A DNA stretch of 64,000 nucleotides, from positions 992,001-1,056,000 of the forward strand of contig CAWIIB010000001.1 in assembly GCA_963836075.1 (NCBI GenBank), given 5' to 3'. The translations under genes and the position numbers were made by a program. The notes under the pieces were generated by a model, which ran no database searches, was not told the DNA's origin, and was given only the letters and a program-made list of their open reading frames with translations. Within the stretch, counting starts at the first letter, position 1; the number at the start of each line of letters is the position of its first letter. This document shows positions 8,903 to 19,067 of the stretch, in pieces. The DNA comes from an uncultured Acidobacteriota bacterium (GTDB taxonomy: Bacteria; Acidobacteriota; JAQAZP01).

Positions 8903-10361
8903 GCAGACGGGATACAGCACGGCCTACAGCAACCCACTGGTGGAACGCTACTGCTCGCAGGAGATGAGCCGCATCTTCTCCCCGCACTTCAAGTTCAGCA
9001 CCTGGCGCCGGCTCTGGCTGGCCCTGGCCGAAGCGCAGCACGAGCTGGGGCTCGCGGTCACCTCCGAGCAGGTGGCGGAACTCCGCGCCAGCCTCGAAAA
9101 ACTCGACCCGGCCAGGGCGGCGCAGCTGGAGAAGGAGCTGCGCCACGACGTGATGGCCCAGTTGAAGACCTGGGCCGGCCAGTGCCCGGCCGCGGGAGGA
9201 ATCCTGCACCTCGGGGCCACCAGCGCCTACGTGGGCGACAACACCGAGGCGATCCAGCTCTACGAAGGCCTGCGGCTCACCGAACAGCGGATTCTCCCGG
9301 TGATCGCCGCCCTGCGCCAGTTCGCCGCGCGCACCGCCAGCATTCCCACCCTCGGGTTCACCCACTTCCAGCCGGCCCAGCCCACCACGGTGGGCAAGAG
9401 GGCCTGCCTCTGGCTGCAGGACCTGCTCCTCGATCTGGAGGAGCTCCGCTTCGCCCTCTGCACCGTCAAGCTGCGCGGTGTCAAAGGCACCACCGGCACC
9501 CAGGCCAGCTTCCTGGCCCTCTTTGACGGTGATCACCAGAAGGTGGAGCGCCTTGAGCAACTGGTGGCGGAAAAGATGGGGTTCGCCGACAACGGCTGTT
9601 TCGCCGTTACCGGACAGACCTACCCGCGCAAGCAGGACAGCCGGGTGCTGGGCTCCCTGTCCGCCGTGGCCCAGTCGGCGTCGAAGTTCTCCCACGACAT
9701 GCGGCTGCTGCAGCACCTGGGCGAAGTGCTCGAGCCGTTCGGCTCGAAACAGGTGGGTTCCTCGGCCATGGCCTACAAAAGAAACCCGATGCGCGCCGAG
9801 CGGATCTCCTCGCTGGCCCGGCTGCTGATCACCGCCGCGGTCAACCCCCAGCTCACCGCCGCCACCCAGTGGCTGGAGCGGACCCTCGACGACTCGGCCA
9901 ACCGCCGGGTCTGCATCCCCGAAGCCTTCCTCACCGCCGACGCCCTGCTGCTGCTCTACGGCAGCATGGTCCCCGGGCTGCAGGTCAACGAGAAGGTGAT
10001 CCGCCGCCGTCTGGAACAGGAGCTGCCCTTCCTGGCCACCGAACAGATCCTGATGCAGCTGGTGGCCGCCGGCGGCGACCGCCAGGCGGGCCACGAGCAG
10101 ATCCGCCTCCACTCCATGGAAGTGCACCGGCGACTGCAGGCCGGGGAGAGCAACCGCAACGACCTGCTGGAACGCCTGGCCTCGGACACGGTCTTCAGCC
10201 CCCTGCGTCACAAGTTCCCCACCCTCTCCGACCCGCTGCAGTTCGTGGGTCGGGCGCCCCAACAGGTGGAACGGTTCCTGGCCGAAGAGGTGGACCCGCT
10301 GCTCGCCGGCCAGTCCGCCGACGATCTCTGCGGTCCGGGCGACGACCAGATCCGGGTCTGA
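8895..10361 (+). CDS. purB: Adenylosuccinate lyase
   Basis: RHDVMA, HLGATS, GFTHFQPAQPTTVGKR, GSSAMAYKRNPM signature. Confidence 0.96.
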   Translation: MSEQTGYSTAYSNPLVERYCSQEMSRIFSPHFKFSTWRRLWLALAEAQHELGLAVTSEQVAELRASLEKLDPARAAQLEKELRHDVMAQLKTWAGQCPAAGGILHLGATSAYVGDNTEAIQLYEGLRLTEQRILPVIAALRQFAARTASIPTLGFTHFQPAQPTTVGKRACLWLQDLLLDLEELRFALCTVKLRGVKGTTGTQASFLALFDGDHQKVERLEQLVAEKMGFADNGCFAVTGQTYPRKQDSRVLGSLSAVAQSASKFSHDMRLLQHLGEVLEPFGSKQVGSSAMAYKRNPMRAERISSLARLLITAAVNPQLTAATQWLERTLDDSANRRVCIPEAFLTADALLLLYGSMVPGLQVNEKVIRRRLEQELPFLATEQILMQLVAAGGDRQAGHEQIRLHSMEVHRRLQAGESNRNDLLERLASDTVFSPLRHKFPTLSDPLQFVGRAPQQVERFLAEEVDPLLAGQSADDLCGPGDDQIRV

Positions 10362-10540
10362 GCCCATATGCAAAAATTTCCCCCGTTGCACCGCTTTTTG
10401 GTGCTCCCTGTCAAAAAATCCTTGTTTAACCCGCCATTCAGGTCAAGAAAGTCCAACCGCAGGCCGATATTGAAAGTGAACGAAAGCATCCGGCCGGACC
10501 AGGAGGATTCACTCCGGGCGGCCTGCGGGGGAATAGCGAG

Positions 10541-11845
10541 ATGGATCACAGCCAGCCGTTCACCGATGAAAGCGCTCCGGAAACCACGCTGGAGGGTAAC
10601 CGCCCGGAGTTTATCCCGTCAGCACCGGGTGAGCAGGAGACCACCGACCAGAAGCGCGACCTCAAGGAACGCTACTTCCTGACCCGCAAGGAACTGCGGG
10701 AAAGCCAGCGTCTCCTGGCCCTGCGCGAGGAGGAGCTGAAAAAGCTCCGGCTCAATCAAAGACGCGAGGTGGAGCAGTCCCACGAGCACGAAAACATGCG
10801 GGCCTCCCTGGACCGGCTGCAGTCCCGGGTGGAGGAACTGCAGCGGCAGCTGACCGAATCCCGGAACCAGCTGCGGCAGGCCCGGACCGAAGCAGCGGAA
10901 AAATCGGCGCTGGCCCCGATTCTGGAAAAAGAGACCTCCGAGGTGCGGGAGCAGCTGGAGGTGAGCGAGAACCGGATCAAGGAACTCTCCGACCTTCTGG
11001 AGCAGCGGGAGCGGGAGCTGCAGGAAAAAAACGGCAGCCTCCACGATGTGCACGGGATCCAGGACCGCCTGGACCAGCGGGAGCGGGACCTCCTGGAACG
11101 GGAGGAGGAGCTTCACGAGACCCGGGAGCAGTTGGGTTCGGTGAGGGAGGAGGCGGAAGCCGCCCGGCGCATCGCAGAAAACCTGACCGCTGAACGGGTC
11201 GACATGGCCGCCCGCCTGGAGCAGGCCGAATCATCGCTGCGCGGCACCGCAGAGACCATCTCCATGCTCCAGGAAAAACTGATGGAATCGGGCGAGGAGC
11301 TGATCAAGCAGGAGGAGTCGGTCCGGGACTACCGCTACCTGATGGAAACGCTGAAGCGTGAAAAAGCGGATCAGGAAGCGACATACACCCGGGCGGTGAG
11401 CGAGTTGGAAACACGCCTCGAAGCCTCGAACAAGAAGTGCCAGGAGTTGCTGGAGACCTCCACAGCCCAGCTGCAGGAAATAGAATCCCAGCAGAATCGT
11501 ATCGCCTCGCTGGAGCAGACCCAGGCCCGGGAGATCGACAAGCTGAAAATGGCCCAGGCCAGCGAACTGGGTGAGATGCGGGATTCGGTGCACCGCCTGG
11601 AAACCGATCTGGAGGCGGCCCGGGTACGCACCGGTCACCTGCAGTCGGAAGCGGACGAACTGCGGGCGGAGGTACCTCGTCTGACGGTGCGGCTGGAAGA
11701 ACGGGACCGGGTGGTGGCCGAGACCAGAAGTCTGCTGCTGGACGCCATGTCCCGGCTGGATAGCCTGGATCGACCGCCGGACCTCGATCCGGGCCAGCAG
11801 CAATCGCCGGAGCACGCCGCCGGAGAATTGTGGCCCACCGGTTAG
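10541..11845 (+). CDS. Long coiled-coil protein of unknown function
   Basis: About 380 aa rich in E/L/R/Q with almost no Pro; short disordered ends; no ATPase motif or TM helix. Confidence 0.75.
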   Translation: MDHSQPFTDESAPETTLEGNRPEFIPSAPGEQETTDQKRDLKERYFLTRKELRESQRLLALREEELKKLRLNQRREVEQSHEHENMRASLDRLQSRVEELQRQLTESRNQLRQARTEAAEKSALAPILEKETSEVREQLEVSENRIKELSDLLEQRERELQEKNGSLHDVHGIQDRLDQRERDLLEREEELHETREQLGSVREEAEAARRIAENLTAERVDMAARLEQAESSLRGTAETISMLQEKLMESGEELIKQEESVRDYRYLMETLKREKADQEATYTRAVSELETRLEASNKKCQELLETSTAQLQEIESQQNRIASLEQTQAREIDKLKMAQASELGEMRDSVHRLETDLEAARVRTGHLQSEADELRAEVPRLTVRLEERDRVVAETRSLLLDAMSRLDSLDRPPDLDPGQQQSPEHAAGELWPTG

Positions 11846-11852
11846 TCCGTCC

Positions 11853-13655
11853 TCACGACCGGCGGGTCATCAATCCTGCCTGCCGGTACTGCAGCTGGTG
11901 CAGCCGGAAGTAGATCCCTTTCCGCTCCAGCAGGGAGGCGTGATCGCCGGTCTCCCGCACCCTGCCCCGATGCATGACGATAATCCGGTCCGCGGTCTGG
12001 ATGGTTGAAATCCGGTGGGCGATGATGATCGACGTGCGGCCCCGCAGCAGCACCTCAAGGGCTTTTTGAATCCGCAGTTCCGTTTCCGTGTCGACGCTGG
12101 AGGTGGCCTCGTCGAGCACCAGGATCCGGGGGTCGTAGGCCAGGGCGCGGGCAAAGGAGAGCAGTTGCCGCTGGCCGGTGGAAAGGGTGGCGCCGCGCTC
12201 CACCACCAGGGCCTCGTACCCCCCGGGCAGCCGGGTTATGAAATCGTGAACCCCGACGCTTTTCGCCGCCCGGACCAGGTCTTCGTGCCTGATCCGCTCG
12301 TCCCACAGGCTGATGTTCGACGCCACGTCCCCGGCAAAGAGAAACACGTCCTGCTGCACCACGCCCACCAGGCGGCGCAGCTGGTCCAGCTTCATCCGCC
12401 GCACATCGATGCCGTCGATGGTGATCCGCCCCGATTGCACGTCATAGAACCTGGCCAGCAGGCTGATCAGGGTGGTCTTCCCCGCCCCGGTAGCCCCCAC
12501 CACCGCCACCCGCTGGCCCCGCTTGACTTCGAGGGAGACATCCGTGAGCACCGGCTGCCCCTCCTCGTAATGAAAACTCACCGATTCGAAGCGGACGGCG
12601 TCCCGGAAGCCGTCCAGGGTGTCCGGGGATGACGGCTCCACGATCCGCTCCCTGGTATCCAGCAGGTTGAAGATCCTTTCCGAGGATGCCATGGCCGTCT
12701 GCATGATGTTGTACTTCTCGCTGAGGTCCCGGATGGGCCGGAAAAACTTGTTCGCCGCCAGCAGGAAGGCGAACAGCTCGCCGAAGGTGAACCGGCCGGC
12801 AATGGCTTCCAGACCGCCATACCAGACGATGAGGGCGATGGCCAGCGAGTTGACCACTTCGATGGAGGGGAAGAAGATCGAGTAGTAGAGTACCGACTTG
12901 AGGTTGGACTCGGTGTGCTCCTGGTTTATCTGCTGGAAGTGTTCCAGGTTCCGGCGCTCCCGGCGAAAGAGCTGCACCACCCGCATGCCGGACAGGTTCT
13001 CCTGCACGTAGGCGTTGATCCGGGCCAGCCGGATCCTGATCATGCGGTAGGCCTCGCGGACCTTGCGCTTGAAGAGGAACGAGATGTAGAAGAGTATCGG
13101 CAAGATGGAAAACGTGATCAGGGCCAGCTGCCAGTTGAGGTAGAGCAGGTAACCCATGATGGCGATGATCAGTGTGATGTCACTCACCGCAACCACCAGG
13201 CCGGAGGTGAACATCTCGTTGAGCACCTGGACATCGTTGGTCACCCGGGTCATCAGCCGGCCCACCGGGTTGCGGTCGAAAAAGGCCGGTGAGAAGGTCT
13301 GCAGCCGGGAGAAGACCTCCAGCCGCAGGGTGAAGATGACCCGCTGCCCGGTCAGGCTGGTGAGGTAGATGAAGGCGAAGCGGGCAAAGAAGGAGAGCAG
13401 GAGCAGCAGGGCGTAGATCAGCGCGATGCGGTTCAGCGCCCGCAGGCTGCCCAGGGCGACACAGTCATCGATGGCCTGGCGTCCGAGGTCGATGGTCAGC
13501 ACTTCGAACCAGGTGAGCAGAAACTGCAGCGCCACCGTGATCAGCACCAGGTGGAGGCTGGGCCGCAGGTAGGCCAGCAGCCGCTTCATCAACCGGCCGT
13601 CGAAAGCCTTGCCCAGGAGTTCCTCCTCGTGATACCGCTGTGCCGCGTCGGACAT
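11853..13655 (-). CDS. ABC exporter permease/ATP-binding subunit (MdlB/YheH-like)
   Basis: TM domain; GATGAGKTT; LSTGQRQLL; LDEATSSVD. Confidence 0.93.
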   Translation of the reverse strand: MSDAAQRYHEEELLGKAFDGRLMKRLLAYLRPSLHLVLITVALQFLLTWFEVLTIDLGRQAIDDCVALGSLRALNRIALIYALLLLLSFFARFAFIYLTSLTGQRVIFTLRLEVFSRLQTFSPAFFDRNPVGRLMTRVTNDVQVLNEMFTSGLVVAVSDITLIIAIMGYLLYLNWQLALITFSILPILFYISFLFKRKVREAYRMIRIRLARINAYVQENLSGMRVVQLFRRERRNLEHFQQINQEHTESNLKSVLYYSIFFPSIEVVNSLAIALIVWYGGLEAIAGRFTFGELFAFLLAANKFFRPIRDLSEKYNIMQTAMASSERIFNLLDTRERIVEPSSPDTLDGFRDAVRFESVSFHYEEGQPVLTDVSLEVKRGQRVAVVGATGAGKTTLISLLARFYDVQSGRITIDGIDVRRMKLDQLRRLVGVVQQDVFLFAGDVASNISLWDERIRHEDLVRAAKSVGVHDFITRLPGGYEALVVERGATLSTGQRQLLSFARALAYDPRILVLDEATSSVDTETELRIQKALEVLLRGRTSIIIAHRISTIQTADRIIVMHRGRVRETGDHASLLERKGIYFRLHQLQYRQAGLMTRRS

Positions 13656-13663
13656 ATGGCTCC

Positions 13664-15469
13664 TCAGTCGCTGTGCTCGATCTCCGCCTGCAGCAGCTGC
13701 AGCCGGTACATTTCCGCGTAGACCCCGCCCCGGGCCATCAGTTCGTCGTGGGACCCGCTCTCCTCGATGCCGCCGTCCACCAGCACCACGATGCGGTCCG
13801 CGTCCTTGATGGTGGACAGCCGCTGGGCGATGATCAGGGTGGTGCGCCCCTTCATGAACCGGCGCAGCTGCTGGAGGATCTGCTCCTCGGTGTAGGTGTC
13901 CACGGCGGAGAGCGCATCGTCGAGGATCAGGACCGCCGGGTCCAGCAACACGGCCCGGGCCACCGCCACCCGCTGTTTCTGCCCCCCGGACAGCATCACC
14001 CCCCGCTCACCCACCATGGTCTGGTAGCCCTCGGGGAACCCGTCTACGTCGGTGGATATCTGCGAGACCTCCGCGGCCCGCCGGATGGCCTCCACGCTGC
14101 TCTCCGGGGCGCCGAAGGCGATGTTCGCCTCGATGGTGTCGGAGAAGAGAAACGAGTCCTGGGGCACGTGGCCCACCGCGGCCCGCAGTGTGGCCAGCGG
14201 GTACTGGTCCACCGGCCGGCCGTCCAGCAGCAGCGTGCCCTGATCCGCTTCGAACAGCCGGGGGATCAGGTTGGCCAGGGTGCTCTTGCCGCTGCCCACC
14301 GGCCCCACCACGGCCAGCGTGCTCCCGGCCGGAATCTGCAGGTCGATCCCCCGCAGCACCGGCGTCCCGTTGTAGGCAAAGTTGAGACCGTGAAATTCGA
14401 TCTCCCCGCGCAACCGCCCGTCCCGGGGCAGGTCCAGACCCTGGCTCCCGCTCTGCTGGGGCTCGCTCTCCAGGATCTCGTTGATCCGCGACATCGACGC
14501 CTTGCCCTGCTGGTACAGGCTGACCACCCAGCCCAGCGAAACCATGGGCCAGACCAGAATGCCCAGAATCACGTTGAACGCGATGAAGTCGCCATAGCCC
14601 AGTGAACCGGCCAGGATGCGGCGGCCGCCGTCCCAGAGCACCACCAGGTGGGACCCGATGACCAGTGAAAAAAGGACCGGCATGAACAGGCTCTGGATCC
14701 TGGCCAGGGAGAGGTTCACTTCCATGTTGCGCTGGATCAGGCCGCTGAACCGGGCGATCTCCGACGCTTCACGGCAGTAGGACTTCACCACCCGGATCCC
14801 GGAGAGATTTTCCTGGACCCGCTCGCTGACCATGGAGAAATGCCGCTGGACCCGCTCAGACCGGCGGTGGATTTCCCGGCTCAATATCCGGGTGGCCACG
14901 GCGATGAGGACCAGGGGGACAAAGGTGTAGAGCGTCAGCTGGGGGCTGACGGTGATCATGAAGGAGACGGCAATGACAAAGGTGACCAGAGTGCTGGTGA
15001 GATACATGCAACCGGGTCCCACCAGCATCCGCACGGCGTTAAGGTCATTGGTCATCCGGGCCATCAGGTCGCCGGTTTTCTCCGTCTGGTACCAGGATAA
15101 GGGGAGCCGCTGCAGGTGGGCGAAAATTTCGTTGCGCAGGTCCCGCTCGAAGCGGCGCGAGGCGCCGGTGATGGTGTAGCGCATCAGGAAGCGGAAGACC
15201 CCCTGGAGCAGGGTCACCGCCACGATGGCCGCGGCATAGACGGCCAGGATACGCGGCAGCGAACCGGCAGCGCCGGCCAGACGGATGAGCAGGTCAAAGG
15301 GAAAGGGGTGGTGCCCCCCGTCGTCCAGCGCATCCACGGCATACTTGATGATCAGCGGTACCGTGGGGTAGAGGGCGCTGGTCAGGACGACAAAGACCAG
15401 GCCGCTGAAGATGCTGCGGCGGTAAGCCGGATAGTATTTTTTCAGCCTGGCGAACGGTGACTGGCTCAT
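13664..15469 (-). CDS. ABC exporter permease/ATP-binding subunit (MdlA/YheI-like, degenerate site)
   Basis: GPVGSGKST; LSGGQKQR; LDDALSAVD (non-canonical Walker B) and IAQR in place of the switch His, as in heterodimeric exporters. Confidence 0.93.
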   Translation of the reverse strand: MSQSPFARLKKYYPAYRRSIFSGLVFVVLTSALYPTVPLIIKYAVDALDDGGHHPFPFDLLIRLAGAAGSLPRILAVYAAAIVAVTLLQGVFRFLMRYTITGASRRFERDLRNEIFAHLQRLPLSWYQTEKTGDLMARMTNDLNAVRMLVGPGCMYLTSTLVTFVIAVSFMITVSPQLTLYTFVPLVLIAVATRILSREIHRRSERVQRHFSMVSERVQENLSGIRVVKSYCREASEIARFSGLIQRNMEVNLSLARIQSLFMPVLFSLVIGSHLVVLWDGGRRILAGSLGYGDFIAFNVILGILVWPMVSLGWVVSLYQQGKASMSRINEILESEPQQSGSQGLDLPRDGRLRGEIEFHGLNFAYNGTPVLRGIDLQIPAGSTLAVVGPVGSGKSTLANLIPRLFEADQGTLLLDGRPVDQYPLATLRAAVGHVPQDSFLFSDTIEANIAFGAPESSVEAIRRAAEVSQISTDVDGFPEGYQTMVGERGVMLSGGQKQRVAVARAVLLDPAVLILDDALSAVDTYTEEQILQQLRRFMKGRTTLIIAQRLSTIKDADRIVVLVDGGIEESGSHDELMARGGVYAEMYRLQLLQAEIEHSD

Positions 15470-15513
15470 GTCCTTCCTTCGGTTCGTAAGGAGTATGAGT
15501 ATACCTCATCGCC

Positions 15514-15568
15514 TGTCATCACAAGCCCCCGACCCGTGGCAGCCACGGGTCGGGGGCTTGTGATGACA
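15514..15568. repeat. Perfect 27-bp inverted repeat with 1-nt centre (55-bp palindrome)
   Basis: TGTCATCACAAGCCCCCGACCCGTGGC-A-GCCACGGGTCGGGGGCTTGTGATGACA, checked base by base. Confidence 0.95.
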
Positions 15569-15591
15569 TTTTGGTTTATAATCCGGCTGCC

Positions 15592-16818
15592 ATGACCAAC
15601 AGCGATGACAGACAATGGCGGGGGCCAGCCGCACCGAATGGACGACCCGCCCGGGCGGCCGTGGTGGGCGCCGGGCCGGCGGGGGCCAGGGCCGCGTTCA
15701 GGCTGGCCGAAGCCGGGTGGTCGGTTCTGCTCATGGACCACCGCTACCCCTGGGAAAAGCCGTGCGGCGGCGGCCTCAACGAAAGGGCTCTGGCGCTGCT
15801 GCGCCAGAGCGTGCCCGCTTTGCCCGGGGCACCGGGCGGCCGGACCATCCACCTGGAAACGGCAGGAGGAGGCCGGCTGCAGATGGAGCTGGACACACCT
15901 TTCGCCGTCATCCCGCGGATCGACCTGCAGTGCCTGATGGTGGAACAGGCGGTGCAGGCCGGCGCGACACTGCTCACCAGCAAGTTCACCGGCGCCCGGC
16001 GGGAAGGGGACCACGGTCCCTGGGCCATCCGCACCGCTAGCGGCGTGCTTCGCGCGGAGCAGTTAATCGGGGCGGACGGCGCGCTCAGCGCGGTACGCCG
16101 GGCTGTGGCCGGCCCCGATGCCTGGCGGGACGTCCGGCCCGCCCTGGGCCTGGTCCACGTCTTCTCCCGCCCCGCCCCGCAGCCCGGCGGCATGCGCCTG
16201 GTCTTTACCGACGATCCCATGGGATACATCTGGGAATTTCCCGGTGAAGCCTTCTCCACCGTGGGGATTTCCCTGCCCTTTGACCCCCGCGGCGCGGTGC
16301 AGGCCAGGGAGACGCTGCGCACTCACCTGGTGAAAAGGGGCTGGGTCGGTGAGGGGCCTGGTGACACGGTTCCGCCGCTTCGGGGAGCCATCGCACCCTC
16401 GGCTCACGAGTCCCACTGGCAGCAGGGCCGGATCCAGGGGGACGGCTGGGCCCTGCTGGGTGATGCCGCCGGAATGGTGGACCCGCTGACCGGAGAGGGA
16501 ATCTACCATGCCGTCCGGTCGGCCGACATACTGGCCGAGGCACTGCTGGACGGTGAAACGGACCGTTACACCGCAAAGGTACGCGAGGAGATGGGCCCGG
16601 AACTCTCCCTTGCCGCCCGCTATGTCAACAGTTTCTTCCGGGGCAGCTTCCCGGACCAGATGCTGGCCCTGGCCGACAGGCACAGCGCTATCCGCGATGT
16701 GCTCGGTGACCTGGTGTCCGGCCGTCAGTCCTACCAGGGCTTGAAGCGGACCCTGTTGCGCAGCTGTATCCCCGCGGCGCTGCGCTACCTGGCGCTCAAA
16801 CTGACCCGCCGCTGGTGA
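15592..16818 (+). CDS. Geranylgeranyl-reductase-family FAD-dependent oxidoreductase
   Basis: VVGAGPAG, EKPCGGG, IGADGALS, GYIWEFP, LLGDAAGMVDPLTGEGIY. Confidence 0.88.
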   Translation: MTNSDDRQWRGPAAPNGRPARAAVVGAGPAGARAAFRLAEAGWSVLLMDHRYPWEKPCGGGLNERALALLRQSVPALPGAPGGRTIHLETAGGGRLQMELDTPFAVIPRIDLQCLMVEQAVQAGATLLTSKFTGARREGDHGPWAIRTASGVLRAEQLIGADGALSAVRRAVAGPDAWRDVRPALGLVHVFSRPAPQPGGMRLVFTDDPMGYIWEFPGEAFSTVGISLPFDPRGAVQARETLRTHLVKRGWVGEGPGDTVPPLRGAIAPSAHESHWQQGRIQGDGWALLGDAAGMVDPLTGEGIYHAVRSADILAEALLDGETDRYTAKVREEMGPELSLAARYVNSFFRGSFPDQMLALADRHSAIRDVLGDLVSGRQSYQGLKRTLLRSCIPAALRYLALKLTRRW

Positions 16819-18163
16819 GGGGCGGGGGGGTCCAGGATCTGATCCGTTCCACCAGGCAGCCGTGCAGCGCGTCGATGGCCACCCGCTCCTGCTCCATGCT
16901 GTCCCGGTCACGGACGGTGACCGTCTGGTCGGTGAGGGTGTCCGAATCGACGGTGATGCCAAAGGGCGTTCCGGCCTCGTCCTGCCGCCGGTAACGCCGG
17001 CCCACGGCCCCGCCTTCGTCATAGAACACCGGCATGCCGCGGCCGCTGAGATCGTCCTTGATCCCCCGTGCGATCTCCGGCATCCCGTCCCGTTTGACCA
17101 GCGGGAAGATGGCGGCCTTGATCGGGGCCAGTTTTGGCGAAAGGTGGAGCACCACCCGGGTGTCCTTCTCCAGTTCCTCTTCCTCGTAGGCATCCACCAG
17201 GATGGTCAGCAGGGAACGGTCCACTCCGGCCGAAGTCTCCACAATGTGGGGGATGAAGCGTTCATTGGCCGCCGGGTCGATATAGGTCAGTTTCTTGCCC
17301 GAGTGCTCCTGGTGGCGGCTGAGATCAAAATCGGTGCGGTCGTGTATCCCTTCCAGCTCCTTGCGGCCAAAGGGGAAATCGTACTCGATGTCGAAGGCGG
17401 CCCGGGCGTAGTGGGCCAGATCGTCCGGCCCGTGTTCGTGGAAATGCAGCCGGTCGGCCCGAACCCCCTGGGCCACGTACCAGGCCATCCGCCGTTCCTT
17501 CCAGTATTCCAGCCACTCCGGCCCGGTGTCCGGCTTGATGAAATACTGCATCTCCATCTGCTCGAACTCGCGCATGCGGAAGATGAAATTCCCCGGCGTG
17601 ATCTCGTTGCGGAAGGCCTTGCCGATCTGGGCGATGCCAAAGGGGACCTTCTTCCGCGAGGAGGTCTGGACGTTGAGGAAGTTGACGTAAATCCCCTGGG
17701 CGGTCTCCGGCCGGAGGAAGACCACCGAAGCACTGTCCTCCAGCGGTCCCATGAACGTCTTGAACATCAGGTTGAACTGCCGCTGCTCGGTCATCTCGCC
17801 GCCGCAGACCGGGCAGGAGTCCCCCTCGAAATCGTCATCGCGGAACCGGCGGCGGCACTTCTTGCAATCCACCATCGGGTCGGTGAAACCGTCCACGTGA
17901 CCCGAGGCCTGCCAGATGTCGGGGTGCATCAGCACACTGGAGTCGAGACCCACCACGTCCTCACGCGAGTGAACCATCTCCTTCCACCAGTTCTGCTTGA
18001 TGTTGTTCTTCAGTTCCACGCCCAGCGGCCCGTAATCCCAGCAGCTGTTCAGTCCGCCATAGATCTCGCTGGATTGAAAAATGTAGCCCCGGCGTTTGCA
18101 AAGCGACACCACCTTCTGCATCCGCTCCTCGCCGGGCGCGGCCTGCTGGTTCTTCTTTCCCAT
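16796..18163 (-). CDS. glyQS: Glycine--tRNA ligase (alpha2 type)
   Basis: DYGPLGVELK, LRPETAQG, FRNEITPGNFIFRMREFEQME, GRRYRRQDEAGTP. Confidence 0.97.
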   Translation of the reverse strand: MGKKNQQAAPGEERMQKVVSLCKRRGYIFQSSEIYGGLNSCWDYGPLGVELKNNIKQNWWKEMVHSREDVVGLDSSVLMHPDIWQASGHVDGFTDPMVDCKKCRRRFRDDDFEGDSCPVCGGEMTEQRQFNLMFKTFMGPLEDSASVVFLRPETAQGIYVNFLNVQTSSRKKVPFGIAQIGKAFRNEITPGNFIFRMREFEQMEMQYFIKPDTGPEWLEYWKERRMAWYVAQGVRADRLHFHEHGPDDLAHYARAAFDIEYDFPFGRKELEGIHDRTDFDLSRHQEHSGKKLTYIDPAANERFIPHIVETSAGVDRSLLTILVDAYEEEELEKDTRVVLHLSPKLAPIKAAIFPLVKRDGMPEIARGIKDDLSGRGMPVFYDEGGAVGRRYRRQDEAGTPFGITVDSDTLTDQTVTVRDRDSMEQERVAIDALHGCLVERIRSWTPPPLTSGGSV

Positions 18164-18208
18164 GAAAAAACTCTCCTCAACGGTCTGGCATCTCCCGGAC
18201 ACCCGGGA

Positions 18209-18892
18209 TCAGAGGCTCTCGGCCTTCTTGATCGCCAGGGCCCGGCGGTCGCCGTTCTTCATCGTCACCACCTTGAGCAGACGAAAATCAGCGAGCAGGT
18301 TTTCGATCTCACGGTTCTCGTACAGCTTCACCAGACGGTCGGCGGTGGTTTTCTTCTTCAGATACCGCTCCGTGGTCAGGACGGCCGTCCGCCCGTCCGC
18401 CAGCGGCAGGTTCCGCAGATGGGCGAAGGTGGCGGCCAGAACCCCTCCGGCCTTGAGCACGCGGTACATCCAGGACACCAGCTGGTGGGCATCGTCCGGA
18501 GCAAAGTAGTTGAACAGATAGCGTCCGTACACCCCGTCGAAGTGCTCATCGCCGTACGGCAGGTTCTCCAGTTCGTCCCAACTCCGGCCGGCGGAGTGCC
18601 GTTCACGGGCGTTGAGGAAGATCCGTTTCTCCTGATAGGTGGTTACCAGGTCTTCGGCCGACACCTTGAAACCCTGCTCGGCAAAATAGAGCATCCGGCG
18701 CTTTCCCGTGTGAGTGAAGTCAAGGACCACGGGATTGATCCGTTTCTTCATCTCCACCTCGAAATCGAGGACCAGGGCCGGATCGAAATCGGACACACTC
18801 CCGTCCCCGGAATCAGCCCCGATTTCGGACGCCCCCGACTCGTTCGCGGCCTTGTTTCGCCGCCGGCCGCCACCCAGACGCCAGAATCCCAT
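18209..18892 (-). CDS. Class I SAM-methyltransferase-fold protein, degenerate motif I
   Basis: LPYGDEHFDGV...YRVLKAGGVL matches motifs II/III; motif I reads VLDFTHTG. Start chosen from GGAG and promoter position; ATG 18907 is the alternative. Confidence 0.65.
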   Translation of the reverse strand: MGFWRLGGGRRRNKAANESGASEIGADSGDGSVSDFDPALVLDFEVEMKKRINPVVLDFTHTGKRRMLYFAEQGFKVSAEDLVTTYQEKRIFLNARERHSAGRSWDELENLPYGDEHFDGVYGRYLFNYFAPDDAHQLVSWMYRVLKAGGVLAATFAHLRNLPLADGRTAVLTTERYLKKKTTADRLVKLYENREIENLLADFRLLKVVTMKNGDRRALAIKKAESL

Positions 18893-18983
18893 GTTGATGT
18901 ACTCCATTGACCGCGAACTGCAGCCCCCAAAAAAATCGTGCCGTGTCGGGGGGCCGGAAGTGCAGTGTTCCCGGGAAGGGAGG

Positions 18984-19012
18984 ATAGTATCAGAATCGCC
19001 CGGGCAGTTCAA
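18984..19012 (-). promoter_or_regulatory. sigma70-type promoter for the methyltransferase-glyQS unit
   Basis: TTGAAC-N17-TACTAT with TGn extension on the minus strand. Confidence 0.6.
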
Positions 19013-19038
19013 AAGTGGTGGTCTCAAAAAATAGATCA

Positions 19039-19067
19039 TTGCATTTACGGCATCGTCATGCTATATT
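19039..19067 (+). promoter_or_regulatory. sigma70-type promoter upstream of the hfq leader
   Basis: TTGCAT-N17-TATATT with TGn extension. Confidence 0.6.
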
